From: Macrostomum lignano
Lineage: Eukaryota
Length of the DNA: 64,000 bases
Direction of reading: 5' to 3'
Assembly (NCBI GenBank): GCA_002269645.1
Contig: NIVC01001291.1
Coordinates: forward strand, 190,412 to 254,411
Positions within the stretch are counted from its first letter, which is position 1. The number at the start of each line of letters is the position of its first letter. Under the pieces are notes generated by a model. That model searched no databases. It saw only the letters and a program-made list of their open reading frames with translations, and had not been told where the DNA came from. A program made the position numbers and the translations under genes. This document shows, piece after piece, positions 1-14,900 of this stretch.

Positions 1-639
1 AGTTTGGAACGTCACCGCGTTTTTGCTGCTGGAATGCCAATTTGAATTCGCGCCGCGCAGAGAGGGGGTGAGAGCTTTGGATTGAGCAAAGCTTGTCTCG
101 GAGTTGAGGTGGCGGGGCTGGGTCGCGGGGGCTTCCTCGGGCCTCCGGGGGGAGAGGGGTAAGAGAATTTACCTGGCCTGCCTCTCTCTCCCCAGCCGCT
201 CATCTCATTGCACTCGGCGCAGCCCCCTGCCCTCCTGTCCCGCCCGGCCAACTGCGGACGCGAGTGCAGAGTGGCTGTGCGGGACAGAAGGGCGCGAAAG
301 AAACAAACTAGCGTTCATTGCGTTGCTATTGGCAACGAGAATGCACAGGTACTACTGTTGTACGAAGCTAAATAAGGCCGTACACTGCGCACTTAAATGA
401 GTATTTCTGCTCTAGCAGCTAGCGGTAGGTGTACGCTATAGTTTTCGGACTGATTTTTATCGCCTTATTAAAAAATCTTCCATAAAATCATTTTATCCTT
501 ATATTCCTATCATTTTTCAGACTACCCATACTACTTTCAAGAATATGCAGTGAAAACGCTGCTGGCTGCATGGAAGGCAAAAATTTAAGACAATAGTCTT
601 AGGCATTTTGTATACGTGACATCGATTCTTTAGACTGCA

Positions 640-3600
640 GACGCTGACACTGACATCACTGACACTGGCATCACTGACACTGGCATCACTCACACTGAAA
701 TCACTGACACTGAAACTGACATCGCTGACACTGACACTGACATCACTGACACTGGCATCACTCACACTGAAATCACTGACACTGAAATCACTGACACTGA
801 CATCACTGACACTGGCATCACTGACACTGGCATCACTCACACTGAAATCACTGACACTGACACTGACATCACTGACACTGGCATCACTGACACTGGCATC
901 ACTCACACTGAAATCACTGACACTGAAACTGACATCGCTGACACTGACACTGACATCACTGACACTGGCATCACTCACACTGACATCACTGACACTGAAA
1001 TCACTGACACTGACATCACTGACACTGGCATCACTGACACTGGCATCACTCACACTGAAATCACTGACACTGAAACTGACATCGCTGACACTGACACTGA
1101 CATCACTGACACTGGCATCACTCACACTGAAATCACTGACACTGAAATCACTGACACTGGCATCACTCACACTGAAATCACTGACACTGAAACTGACATC
1201 GCTGACACTGACACTGACATCACTGACACTGGCATCACTCACACTGAAATCACTGACACTGAAATCACTGACACTGAAATCACTGACACTGACATCACTG
1301 ACACTGGCATCACTCACACTGAAATCACTGACACTCTGACATCACTGAAAATGACATCGCTGACACTGACATCATTCACACTGAAATCACTGACACTGAC
1401 ACTGACATCACTGACAATGACATCACTGACACTGACATCACTGACACTGAAATCACTGACACTGACACTGACATCACTGACAATGACATCACTGACACTG
1501 ACATCACTGACACTGAAATCACTGACACTGACACTGACATCACTGACACTGACACTGACATCACTGACAATGACATCACTGACACTGACATCACTGACAC
1601 TGAAATCACTGACAATGACACTGACATCACTGATAATGACAACACTGACACTGACATCACTGACAATGACATCACTGACACTGACATCGCTGACACTGAC
1701 ATCACTGACACTGACATCGCTGACACTGACACTGACATCACTGACACTGACACTGACATCGCTGACACTGACACTGACATCACTGACACTGACACTGACA
1801 TCGCTGACACTGACACTGACATCACTGACACTGACACTGACATCACTGACACTGACATCACTGACACTGACATCACTGACACTGACATCACTGACACTGA
1901 CATCACTGACACTGACACTGACATCACTGACACTGACACTGACATCACTGACACTGGCATCACTCACACTGAAATCACTGACACTGAAATCACTGACACT
2001 GACATCACTGACACTGGCATCACTCACACTGAAATCACTGACACTCTGACATCACTGAAAATGACATCGCTGACACTGACATCATTCACACTGAAATCAC
2101 TGACACTGACACTGACATCACTGACAATGACATCACTGACACTGACATCACTGACACTGAAATCACTGACACTGACACTGACATCACTGACAATGACATC
2201 ACTGACACTGACATCACTGACACTGAAATCACTGACACTGACACTGACATCACTGACAATGACATCACTGACACTGACATCACTGACACTGAAATCACTG
2301 ACAATGACACTGACATCACTGATAATGACATCACTGACACTGACATCACTGACAATGACATCACTGACACTGACATCGCTGACACTGACATCACTGACAC
2401 TGACATCGCTGACACTGACACTGACATCACTGACACTGACACTGACATCGCTGACACTGACACTGACATCACTGACACTGACACTGACATCACTGACACT
2501 GACATCACTGACACTGACATCACTGACACTGACATCACTGACACTGACATCACTGACACTGACACTGACATCACTGACACTGACACTGACATCATTGACA
2601 CTGACATCGCTGACACTGACATCACTGACACTGACACTGACATCGCTGACACTGACATCACTGACACTGACATCGCTGACACTGACACTGACATCACTGA
2701 CACTGACACTGACATCGCTGACACTGACACTGACATCGCTGACACTGACACTGACATCGCTGACACTGACATCACTGACACTGACATCGCTGACACTGAC
2801 ACTGACATCACTGACACTGACATCGCTGACACTGACACTGACATCACTGACACTGACACTGACATCGCTGACACTGACACTGACATCACTGACACTGACA
2901 CTGACATCACTGACACTGACATCACTGACACTGACACTGACATCACTGACACTAACACTGACATCACTGACACTGGCATCACTGACACTGACACTGACAT
3001 CACTAACACTGACATCACTGACACTGAAATCACTAACACTGACATCACTGACACTGGCATCACTGACACTGACACTGACATCACTGACACTGACACTGAC
3101 ATCACTGACACTGACATCACTGACACTGACATCACTAACACTGACATCACTGACACTGACACTGACATCACTGACACTGACATCACTGACACTGACATCA
3201 CTAACACTGACATCACTGACACTGACATCACTGACACTGGCATCACTAACACTGACATCACTGACACTGAAATCACTGACACTGACACTGACATCACTAA
3301 CACTGACATCACTGACACTGGCATCACTGACACTGACACTGACATCACTGACACTGACACTGACATCACTGACACTGACATCACTGACACTGACATCACT
3401 GACACTGGCATCACTAACACTGACATCACTGACACTGACACTGACATCACTGACACTGACATCACTGACACTGACATCACTGACACTGACATCACTGACA
3501 CTGACATCACTGACACTGACATCACTGACACTGACACTGACATCACTGACACTGACACTGACATCATTGACACTGACATCGCTGACACTGACATCACTGA

Positions 3601-6600
3601 CACTGACACTGACATCGCTGACACTGACATCACTGACACTGACATCGCTGACACTGACACTGACATCACTGACACTGACACTGACATCGCTGACACTGAC
3701 ACTGACATCGCTGACACTGACACTGACATCGCTGACACTGACATCACTGACACTGACATCGCTGACACTGACACTGACATCACTGACACTGACATCGCTG
3801 ACACTGACACTGACATCACTGACACTGACACTGACATCGCTGACACTGACACTGACATCACTGACACTGACACTGACATCACTGACACTGACATCACTGA
3901 CACTGACACTGACATCACTGACACTAACACTGACATCACTGACACTGGCATCACTGACACTGACACTGACATCACTAACACTGACATCACTGACACTGAA
4001 ATCACTAACACTGACATCACTGACACTGGCATCACTGACACTGACACTGACATCACTGACACTGACACTGACATCACTGACACTGACATCACTGACACTG
4101 ACATCACTAACACTGACATCACTGACACTGACACTGACATCACTGACACTGACATCACTGACACTGACATCACTAACACTGACATCACTGACACTGACAT
4201 CACTGACACTGGCATCACTAACACTGACATCACTGACACTGAAATCACTGACACTGACACTGACATCACTAACACTGACATCACTGACACTGGCATCACT
4301 GACACTGACACTGACATCACTGACACTGACACTGACATCACTGACACTGACATCACTGACACTGACATCACTGACACTGGCATCACTAACACTGACATCA
4401 CTGACACTGACACTGACATCACTGACACTGACATCACTGACACTGACATCACTGACACTGACATCACTGACACTGACATCACTGACACTGACACTGACAT
4501 CACTGACACTGACACTGACATCATTGACACTGACATCGCTGACACTGACATCACTGACACTGACACTGACATCGCTGACACTGACATCACTGACACTGAC
4601 ATCGCTGACACTGACACTGACATCACTGACACTGACACTGACATCGCTGACACTGACACTGACATCGCTGACACTGACACTGACATCGCTGACACTGACA
4701 TCACTGACACTGACATCGCTGACACTGACACTGACATCACTGACACTGACATCGCTGACACTGACACTGACATCACTGACACTGACACTGACATCGCTGA
4801 CACTGACACTGACATCACTGACACTGACACTGACATCACTGACACTGACATCACTGACACTGACATCACTGACACTGACATCGCTGACACTGACATCACT
4901 GACACTGACATCGCTGACACTGACATCACTGACACTGACATCGCTGACACTGACACTGACATCACTGACACTAACACTGACATCGCTGACACTGACACTG
5001 ACATCACTGACACTGACACTGACATCGCTGACACTGACATCACTGACACTGACATCGCTGACACTGACACTGACATCACTGACACTGACACTGACATCGC
5101 TGACACTGACACTGACATCGCTGACACTGACACTGACATCGCTGACACTGACACTGAAATCGCTGACACTGACATCACTGACATCACTGACAATGACATC
5201 ACTGACACTGAAATCACTGACATTGACACTGACATCACTGACACTGACACTAACATCGCTGACACTGACATCACTGACAATGACATCACTGACACTGACA
5301 CTGACATCACTGACACTGACACTGACATCACTGACACTGACACTGACATCGCTGACACTGACACTGACATCGCTGACACTGACACTGACATCACTGACAC
5401 TGACACTGACATCGCTGACACTGACACTGACATCGCTGACACTGACATCACTGACACTGACACTGACATCGCTGACACTGACACTGACATCGCTGACACT
5501 GACTCTGACGTCACTGACACTGACACTGACATCACTGACACTGACATCACTGACACTGACACTGACATCGCTGACACTGACACTGACATCACTGACACTG
5601 ACACTGACATCGCTGACACTGACATCACTGACAATGACATCACTGACACTGACACTGACATCACTGACACTGACACTGACATCACTGACACTGACACTGA
5701 CATCGCTGACACTGACACTGACATCGCTGACACTGACACTGACATCACTGACACTGACACTGACATCGCTGACACTGACACTGACATCGCTGACACTGAC
5801 ACTGACATCACTGACACTGACACTGACATCGCTGACACTGACACTGACATCACTGACACTGACACTGACATCACTGACACTGACACTGACATCACTGACA
5901 CTGACATCACTGACACTGACACTGACATCGCTGACACTGACACTGACATCACTGACACTGACACTGACATCGCTGACACTGACACTGACATCACTGACAA
6001 TGACATCACTGACACTGACATCACTAACACTGACATCACTGACACTGACATCACTGACACTGACATCACTGACACTGGCATCACTAACACTGACATCACT
6101 GACACTGACATCACTGACACTGGCATCACTAACACTGACATCACTGACACTGACACTGACATCACTAACACTGACATCACTGACACTGACACTGACATCA
6201 CTAACACTGACATCACTGACACTGAAATCACTGACATTGACACTGGCATCACTAACACTGACATCACTGACACTGGCATCACTGACACTGACATCGCTGA
6301 CACTGACATCACTGACACTGGCATCACTGACACTGACACTGACATCACTAACACTGACATCACTGACACTGAAATCACTAACACTGACATCACTGACACT
6401 GGCATCACTGACACTGACACTGACATCACTGACACTGACACTGACATCACTGACACTGACATCACTGACACTGACATCACTAACACTGACATCACTGACA
6501 CTGACACTGACATCACTGACACTGACATCACTGACACTGACATCACTAACACTGACATCACTGACACTGACATCACTGACACTGGCATCACTAACACTGA

Positions 6601-6817
6601 CATCACTGACACTGAAATCACTGACACTGACACTGACATCACTAACACTGACATCACTGACACTGGCATCACTGACACTGACACTGACATCACTGACACT
6701 GACACTGACATCACTGACACTGACATCACTGACACTGACATCGCTGACACTGGCATCACTAACACTGACATCACTGACACTGACATCACTGACACTGACA
6801 CTGACATCACTGACACT
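640..6817. repeat. 6.2-kb satellite built from ACTGAC/ACATC sub-units (15-bp TGACATCACTGACAC and 21-bp variants) with higher-order blocks
   Basis: Continuous repeat. The marker ...ACACTCTGACATCACTGAAAATGACATCG recurs at ~1333 and ~2043 (710-bp period). The marker ATCATTGAC recurs at 2591, 3563 and 4520 (972 and 957 bp apart). The long TSLTL/SDVSV/MSVSV ORFs are translations of this repeat. Confidence 0.97.
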
Positions 6818-7299
6818 AGCAATCTCGGGCAAGAAGAATGCGTTAGAAAAAAATGTGAACAAAACAAAAATTTACGTGCAGTAGCTTCAACTGGATGCAC
6901 TTAAGTTGCGCATGAATTCAGACTGGAGTTAAACAAATGAAGCAGTTCAACTGAGCCCCAACTGATATTTTATATCAGCTGACTCTGTCCCTGCGCCCAC
7001 AAAAATGTGTGTCTTTTTGAAAAGAAACAGTTGGCAGTTTGCCAAACCCCAGCAGCTGAAAGTTTAGCTCAGAATTTATTGCCCAATTTTGAGCCGCCGG
7101 GGGGATTAGGCATGCACTGTATACTATGGCAAAGCCACTGACTGCTGCATGCTAGTTGTACATCAGCGTCATGCGCTCAATGCAGGGTGCACTTCTTCCT
7201 GTCGAGCGTCGAGTTCCAATCGAATCGATCTACAGGAATTGGGGAGTCGCGCAAGTTCCTGTCCTGACCTGCGGAGGAGAAATGCTATCATAAACTCAT

Positions 7300-7710
7300 T
7301 GGCGCAAAAATGGACTCATTAGTGCCGAAATGGAACCAATGGTGCTAAAATAGACTAAATGGCGCCAAAGCAGATCAATGGCGCTAAAATAGATCCAATG
7401 GTGCCAAAATTGATCCAATGGCGCCAAAAAAGATTCAATGACGCCAAAATAGAACCAATGACGCCAAAATAGGCCCAGTGGCGCCAAAGTACATCCAATG
7501 GCGCCAAAGAAGACCCAAAAGCGCCAAAACGGACCCAAGGGCGCCAAAATAGATTCTATGGCGCCAAAATAGATCCAATGGCGCTAAAATAGGCCCAGTG
7601 GCGCCAAAATACATCCAATGGCGCCAAAGAAGACCCAAAAGCGCCAAAATAGGCCAATGGCGACAAAATAGATCCAAAGGCGCCAAAGCAGATGAATGGC
7701 GCCAAAATAG
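7300..7710. repeat. ~20-bp minisatellite TGGCGCCAAAATAGATCCAA, about 20 degenerate copies
   Basis: GGCGCCAAA recurs every 19-21 bp; a ~60-bp block is duplicated at 7471 and 7591 (120 bp apart). Confidence 0.9.
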
Positions 7711-8865
7711 GCTTAACAAACGTAGCCGAGAACCCCAGTTTCAAACACTCCCACCCCCTGTTATCACACTTGGCAGTAAATCATGCAATCTGCTTCCTAT
7801 TTATCCACTGTCAGTTTTGCCGCCAGAGTCCAAAGCCGCTAAGACGGAATTTCCCAGAAAAGAATGATTTCGGATAATCGGCTTTCTATCCGACTTGCAG
7901 CGAGCAAGCGAGTAGATTCAGTGGAGACAGCCGTCTGGCTGTGCCAAAGCGGCATAGTGGAAAGAAGGACCGCTTAAGAATCTATAATGCAGGGCGAGAG
8001 AGGGAGAGAGAAATCAAACGGAGCACATAAAAAAGCAGAGAGATTGAGAAGAAGGCAGAGGCGGCGCTGCCAGATGAAATGCCAGTTAATCATTCGCCGT
8101 CACCCACCACTTGGCTGGGGTTGGAGGCAGTAATTTATCACGCGATGCCAGGAAAGCTCTGGGGCTCTCTGCTTTCTCACTCCTTCATGAGCTTTGGGAT
8201 TTTATTCCCCCCCACACACACACACACAGATTGGTGGCAGCCGGGCATCCGGATACACAGCAGAGGGGCGTCGCCATCCATTCCGCCAACCCCTGGCGAC
8301 CGCGGGCAGCTGCGGTGTCGCTCAGGGAGATCCGGTGCCCCTCCGGAGAGTCCAGGAGGTGGATGGTCGCTCACCGGTAGCCCTTAGGTAGCGGACGAGC
8401 TAGCAGGGGTTCTTGGGCCTGAAAACCTCGGAGAGGTCCGGGTTGGGCCGAGGTAGGTGAGTCTGTCCTGAGTAAAGGCGGGGCATTCACAGATAAAGTG
8501 CTCGCATTCTCAACACCGGAGAGGCAGAATTACGCATTCCTCGCTACCGGATTTTTCCCTAGAGGTAGCGATACCAAAAACACCCATGACCTGAGAAGAC
8601 CATGGCTCTGACATCGGTGCGGGGGGTGGCTGCCACGAGCAGGGGACCCGAGCATGCGAGTAACGGAGCTGGAGCAGTAAAGGATCATTGCGCTGCTGTT
8701 GTGTGTTGAGAGGCGATTGGTTGTGGCTTTCCCCAATCGCCCCTCCATCTCGCCCTGAGCGCCCCTCCCCCCCGATTGACATAGATGATTCTCCCTTGGT
8801 TGTAGCGGATCGGGAAGAGAGGGATGTGAATGGGGACAGGACAGGCTTTGCGATGGGAGCGGACG

Positions 8866-8867
<2 letters not shown>

Positions 8868-8912
<45 letters not shown>
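8868..8912. repeat. (GA)n microsatellite
   Basis: About 22 perfect GA units. Confidence 0.97.
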
Positions 8913-8914
<2 letters not shown>

Positions 8915-10052
8915 GAGCGGACGGAGGGCTATGGTATTGGGAGGGGCGAATTGTGAATCAGCCTGCAGCCGCTCTCTCCCCTTCATCCTCTCCCCCTGAC
9001 GTCTCCCTCCCCAGCGTACAAATACCAGCCGCTTGCTCTGCATGACTATAAAGTGTGCAAGCCAGCCGGGATGCAAGCCAAAGGCCCTCTCATTCGCTTA
9101 TAAACCTGGCCCTTCCCATCCCGACTATAACATTGCGCCCTTTCGCTTCCATAGCATCGAGATCCCCATAAATTTGCGTCGCGGCCGAGCCTCGAAGGAA
9201 TTTTTCCTTCCCAAACCATCTGCAGTTTCCTGTTCGAGGCTTATAAAAGTGTGTCTGTCCTGCAGGCCCGCGTCTTGTTGTGCCCGTCTGCCTGCCAGAG
9301 AGCAGCTGAGCCCAACCTGGGATAGCATTCATTATTAACACTAGTCTGCGCGCAGTTGGAGACAGACCGACTTCGGAATCCATCGCTGAGTCGGGTAAGT
9401 GCAGCGTCGTGTCTACTCGGTACTTTTGCCAGCAATTGGCGTGATATTTTGATGAGTTTGCCGTGCCTGTCAAAAAATCAGCCAGTTTGCTAATTGCTAT
9501 GCCATCCTCATATCTAAGCGTCATGTTTAAGCTGACCCGCAGTGCTCAGCACTTGACACTGTACTCTGCTCAGGACAATACAGACTTGAAATCTGGGTAT
9601 AGAAATAAAAAATCAATTCAATATGTCGAGAGCTTTGCTATCTTTCTATAGTCCACTCCGAGCCCAACAGTGTCTAGCGGCGCGGCCTATCGCAGCTAAT
9701 CCTCGTAAATCTCCTATCGCAGCTAATCCGGGAACATTTTCGGCAGAAAAGAATGCAATTTTTATAATTCCACTGCGGCAGAAAACGGCCGCGACAAAAG
9801 CTTGCGGTTTCGGCCAGCAATGGACCACCCTCGGATATCTACCCAGTCTATCCCGCCCTTATCTTTTTCTGTCAGGCTTTGCGGGAGAAAAAACCGAGGA
9901 ACAAAAAGAGAGAATAAAATCCGCTAGCAAATCCTCTTCACTTTGTTCTAAAGAAACACTGGCACTGCTCGTCTCCATGGCTACAGCAATGGATGAATGA
10001 CTTATGCAATAGCTGCTCTGAGAACCTTAGCTGACTCTGCTGCTGTAGTGCG

Positions 10053-10560
10053 CCTGCCCCTTCCATCACCCTGCCCCCTTCCATCACCCTGCCCCCTTCC
10101 ATCACCCTGCCCCCTTCCACCACCCTGCCCCCTTCCATCACCCTGCCCCATTCCACCACCCTGCCCCCTTCCACCACCCTGCCCCCTTCCATCACCCTGC
10201 CCCCTTCCACCACCCTGCCCCCTTCCACCACCCTGCCCCCTTCCATCACCCTGCCCCTTCCACCACCCTGCCCCTTCCACCACCCTGCCCCTTCCACCAC
10301 CCTGCCCCTTCCACCACCCTGCCCCCTTCCACCACCCTGCCCCTTCCACCACCCTGCCCCTTCCATCACCCTGCCCCTTCCATCACCCTGCCCCCTTCCA
10401 TCACCCTGCCCCCCTTACACCACCCTGCCCCCTTCCATCACCCGCCCCTTCCATCACCATGCCCCCTTCCATCACCCTGCCCCCTTCCATCACCCTGCCC
10501 CCTTCCATCACCATGCCCCTTCCACCACCCTGCCCCCTTCCACCACCCTGCCATCACCCT
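10053..10560. repeat. 17-18-bp C-rich minisatellite CCATCACCCTGCCCCCTT
   Basis: About 28 tandem copies with CAT/CAC variants; the PLPSPC ORF is its translation. Confidence 0.93.
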
Positions 10561-10595
10561 ACTTGTAACAGAATTGACTCTGATCTGGCGTCTTT

Positions 10596-11060
10596 TAGAA
10601 ACCCCTGTCACCTTCTAGACACCCCAGTCACCTTCCAGACACCCCAGCCACCTTCCAGACATCCCAGTCACCTTCTAGACACCCCAGTCACCTTCCAGCC
10701 ACCCCAGTCACCTTCTAGACATCCCAGCCACCTTCCAGACACCCCTGTCACCTTCTAGACACCCCTGTCACCTTGCAGACACCCCTGTCACCTTGCAGAC
10801 ACCCCTGTCACCTTCTAGACACCCCTGTCACCTTCCAGCCACCCCTGTCACCTTCTAGACACCCCTGTCACCTTCTAGACACCCCTGTCACCTTCTAGAC
10901 ACCCCTGTCACCTTCTAGACACCCCTGTCACCTTCTAGACACCCCTGTCACCTTGCAGACACCCCTGTCACCTTCTAGACACCCCTGTCACCTTGCAGAC
11001 ACCCCTGTCACCTTCTAGACACCCCAGCCACCTTCCAGACACCCCTGTCACCTTCCAGAC
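10596..11060. repeat. 20-bp minisatellite GACACCCCTGTCACCTTCTA
   Basis: About 23 tandem copies. Confidence 0.95.
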
Positions 11061-11919
11061 ATTGTCACAAAAGTCCACCAGAACAATTCTAAAAAAAGTG
11101 GCGCCATAAACATTCCATATTCCACGCCAACCATCTGTAAATTCCATCTCACAAGGCTTAATGCGATTATTGTTTTTCTCAGACCCCAGTTTTCCTCAAA
11201 TTTCATCTCAAGAAGTGGCACAATAATCAGTCTCGCTAGTGCAGCTCTGGCCCATTCGCTCAGCTGGCGAAGCGTGGAATGGGAAATCGCGACTTGCACC
11301 ATGCGGCCGAGAGGCGCCTCGCCTTGAAGCGCTGGCTGATTGAGTTCCCGGCAGGCACTGATACCGAATGCTCACAGCTGCAGGCCTTCTTGCCCTATCG
11401 CTATAGGAATTCCTTCTGGAGACTACTGGGCGAGGGGGCTGCCGCAGTGGCTCCCCTGTCTCTCTCTCCATCTCTCTCAGAGGCGGTCGATAGACTGACT
11501 GACTGACTGACTGCTCACTCAGAGATGAACTGGGTGGCTGGCTCGCTCAGCTAATCAGAAACTGTGTTAGCAACATCGGCTCAACAGCCCTAGCGTCGCT
11601 CAAATATCCTGTCTAGCAATAGCATAGTGAGTGTCCATTAGCTGGGCCCTGGTCGTAGCCGAGTAGCCCGGCAACGCGGCCGGCACAGAGGGAGTCTTTA
11701 TTAAATTATCCAGGAATATAAAAGAGGGACTTCCAACCCGGCTGAAGCGATGCGGGTAGGCTGATGGGATATGAGAGACTGGCTGGCGGATAGGGATCAA
11801 TCCTGAGGGATTAATTTATTCCGACAGAGGGCCAGAGAAGCTCAACGAAAGTGCGCTTTGTACTTCGGAATTACTATTAGCATATGGCCGAAAATAGTCT
11901 AGAAACCTCTGTCCGATCT

Positions 11920-14900
11920 GCCACCGTGTGATTTTGATTGGTTGTCAGGTGAGCCACAGCTTGTGATTTTGATTGGTTGTCAGGTGAGCCACAGTGTGTG
12001 ATTTTGATTGGTTGTCAGGTGAGCCACAGCTTGTGATTTTGATTGGTTGTCAGGTGAGCCACAGCTTGTGATTTTGATTGGTTGTCAGGTGAGCCACAGT
12101 GTGTGATTTTGATTGGTTGTCAGGTGAGCCACAGCTTGTGATTTTGATTGGTTGTCAGGTGAGCCACAGCTTGTGATTTTGATTGGTTGTCAGGTGAGCC
12201 ACAGCTTGTGATTTTGATTGGTTGTCAGGTGAGCCACAGCTTGTGATTTTGATTGGTTGTAAGGTTTGCCACAGTGTGTGATTTTGATTGGTTGTCAGGT
12301 GTGCCACAGCTTGTGATTTTGATTGGTTGTAAGGTTTGCCACAGTGTGTGATTTTGATTGGTTGTCAGGTGTGCCACAGTGTGTGATTTTGATTGGTTGT
12401 CAGGTGAGCCACAGCTTGTGATTTTGATTGGTTGTAAGGTTTGCCACAGTGTGTGATTTTGATTGGTTGTAAGGTTTGCCACAGTGTGTGATTTTGATTG
12501 GTTGTCAGGTGTGCCACAGCTTGTGATTTTGATTGGTTGTAAGGTTTGCCACAGTGTGTGATTTTGATTGGTTGTAAGGTTTGCCACAGTGTGTGATTTT
12601 GATTGGTTGTCAGGTGTGCCACAGCTTGTGATTTTGATTGGTTGTCAGGTGTGCCACAGTGTGTGATTTTGATTGGTTGTCAGGTGTGCCACAGCTTGTG
12701 ATTTTGATTGGTTGTAAGGTTTGCCACAGTGTGTGATTTTGATTGGTTGTAAGGTTTGCCACAGTGTGTGATTTTGATTGGTTGTCAGGTGAGCCACAGC
12801 TTGTGATTTTGATTGGTTGTCAGGTGAGCCACAGCTTGTGATTTTGATTGGTTGTCAGGTGAGCCACAGTGTGTGATTTTGATTGGTTGTCAGGTGAGCC
12901 ACAGCTTGTGATTTTGATTGGTTGTCAGGTGAGCCACAGCTTGTGATTTTGATTGGTTGTCAGGTGAGCCACAGCTTGTGATTTTGATTGGTTGTCAGGT
13001 GAGCCACAGCTTGTGATTTTGATTGGTTGTAAGGTTTGCCACAGTGTGTGATTTTGATTGGTTGTCAGGTGTGCCACAGCTTGTGATTTTGATTGGTTGT
13101 AAGGTTTGCCACAGTGTGTGATTTTGATTGGTTGTCAGGTGTGCCACAGTGTGTGATTTTGATTGGTTGTCAGGTGAGCCACAGCTTGTGATTTTGATTG
13201 GTTGTAAGGTTTGCCACAGTGTGTGATTTTGATTGGTTGTAAGGTTTGCCACAGTGTGTGATTTTGATTGGTTGTCAGGTGTGCCACAGCTTGTGATTTT
13301 GATTGGTTGTAAGGTTTGCCACAGTGTGTGATTTTGATTGGTTGTAAGGTTTGCCACAGTGTGTGATTTTGATTGGTTGTCAGGTGTGCCACAGCTTGTG
13401 ATTTTGATTGGTTGTCAGGTGTGCCACAGTGTGTGATTTTGATTGGTTGTCAGGTGTGCCACAGCTTGTGATTTTGATTGGTTGTAAGGTTTGCCACAGT
13501 GTGTGATTTTGATTGGTTGTAAGGTTTGCCACAGTGTGTGATTTTGATTGGTTGTCAGGTGTGCCACAGCTTGTGATTTTGATTGGTTGTAAGGTTTGCC
13601 ACAGTGTGTGATTTTGATTGGTTGTAAGGTTTGCCACAGTGTGTGATTTTGATTGGTTGTCAGGTGTGCCACAGCTTGTGATTTTGATTGGTTGTCAGGT
13701 GTGCCACAGTGTGTGATTTTGATTGGTTGTCAGGTGTGCCACAGCTTGTGATTTTGATTGGTTGTCAGGTGTGCCACAGCTTGTGATTTTGATTGGTTGT
13801 CAGGTGAGCCACAGCTTGTGATTTTGATTGGTTGTCAGGTGAGCCACAGCTTGTGATTTTGATCGGTTGTCAGGTGTGCCACAGCTTGTGATGTTGATTG
13901 ATTGTCAGGTGTGCCACAACTTGTGATATTGATTGATTTTCAGGTGTACCACAGCTTGTGATTTTGATTGGTTGTCAGGTGAGCCACAGCTTGTGATTTT
14001 GATTGGTTGTCAGGTGAGCCACAGTGTTTGATTTTGATTGGTTGTCAGGTGTGCCACAGTGTGTGATTTTGATTGGTTGTCAGGTGAGCCACAGCTTGTG
14101 ATTTTGATTGGTTGTCAGGTGAGCCACAGCTTGTGATTTTGATTGGTTGTCAGGTGAGCCACAGTGTGTGATTTTGATTGGTTGTAAGGTTTGCCACAGC
14201 TTGTGATTTTGATTGGTTGTCAGGTGAGCCACAGCTTGTGATTTTGATTGGTTGTCAGGTGTGCCACAGTGTGTGATTTTGATTGGTTGTAAGGTGAGCC
14301 ACAGCTTGTGATGTTGATTGGTTGTCAGGTGTGCCACAGCTTGTGATTTTGATTGGTTGTCAGGTGTGCCACAGCTTGTGATTTTGATTGGTTGTCAGGT
14401 GTGCCACAGCTTGTGATATTGATTGATTGTCAGGTGTGCCACAGCTTGTGATTTTGATTGGTTGTAAGGTGAGCCACAGTGTGTGATTTTGATTGGTTGT
14501 AAGGTGAGCCACAGCTTGTGATTTTGATTGGTTGTCAGGTGTGCCACAGCTTGTGATTTTGATTGATTGTCAGGTGTGCCACAACTTGTGATATTGATTG
14601 ATTTTCAGGTGTACCACAGCTTGTGATTTTGATTGGTTGTCAGGTGAGCCACAGTGTTTGATTTTGATTGGTTGTCAGGTGTGCCACAGTGTGTGATTTT
14701 GATTGGTTGTCAGGTGAGCCACAGCTTGTGATGTTGATTGGTTGTCAGGTGAGCCACAGCTTGTGATGTTGATTGATTGTCAGGTGTGCCACAACTTGTG
14801 ATATTGATTGATTTTCAGGTGTACCACAGCTTGTGATTTTGATTGGTTGTCAGGTGAGCCACAGTGTTTGATTTTGATTGGTTGTCAGGTGTGCCACAGT

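Noticed and set aside
160-185. TTTACCTGG resembling the U1 snRNA 5' end
   Set aside because: Only a ~9-nt match; no downstream U1 stems or Sm site.
517-6900. Very long SDVSV, TSLTL and MSVSV ORFs as genes
   Set aside because: They are direct translations of a stop-poor satellite, open on both strands, with no domain or gene-structure support; kept only as a low-level finding.
9356-9400. Isolated acceptor and donor pair (GCGCAG|...TCGG|GTAAGT) as an upstream exon of the IQ gene
   Set aside because: No recognisable peptide and no way to link it to other exons from sequence alone.
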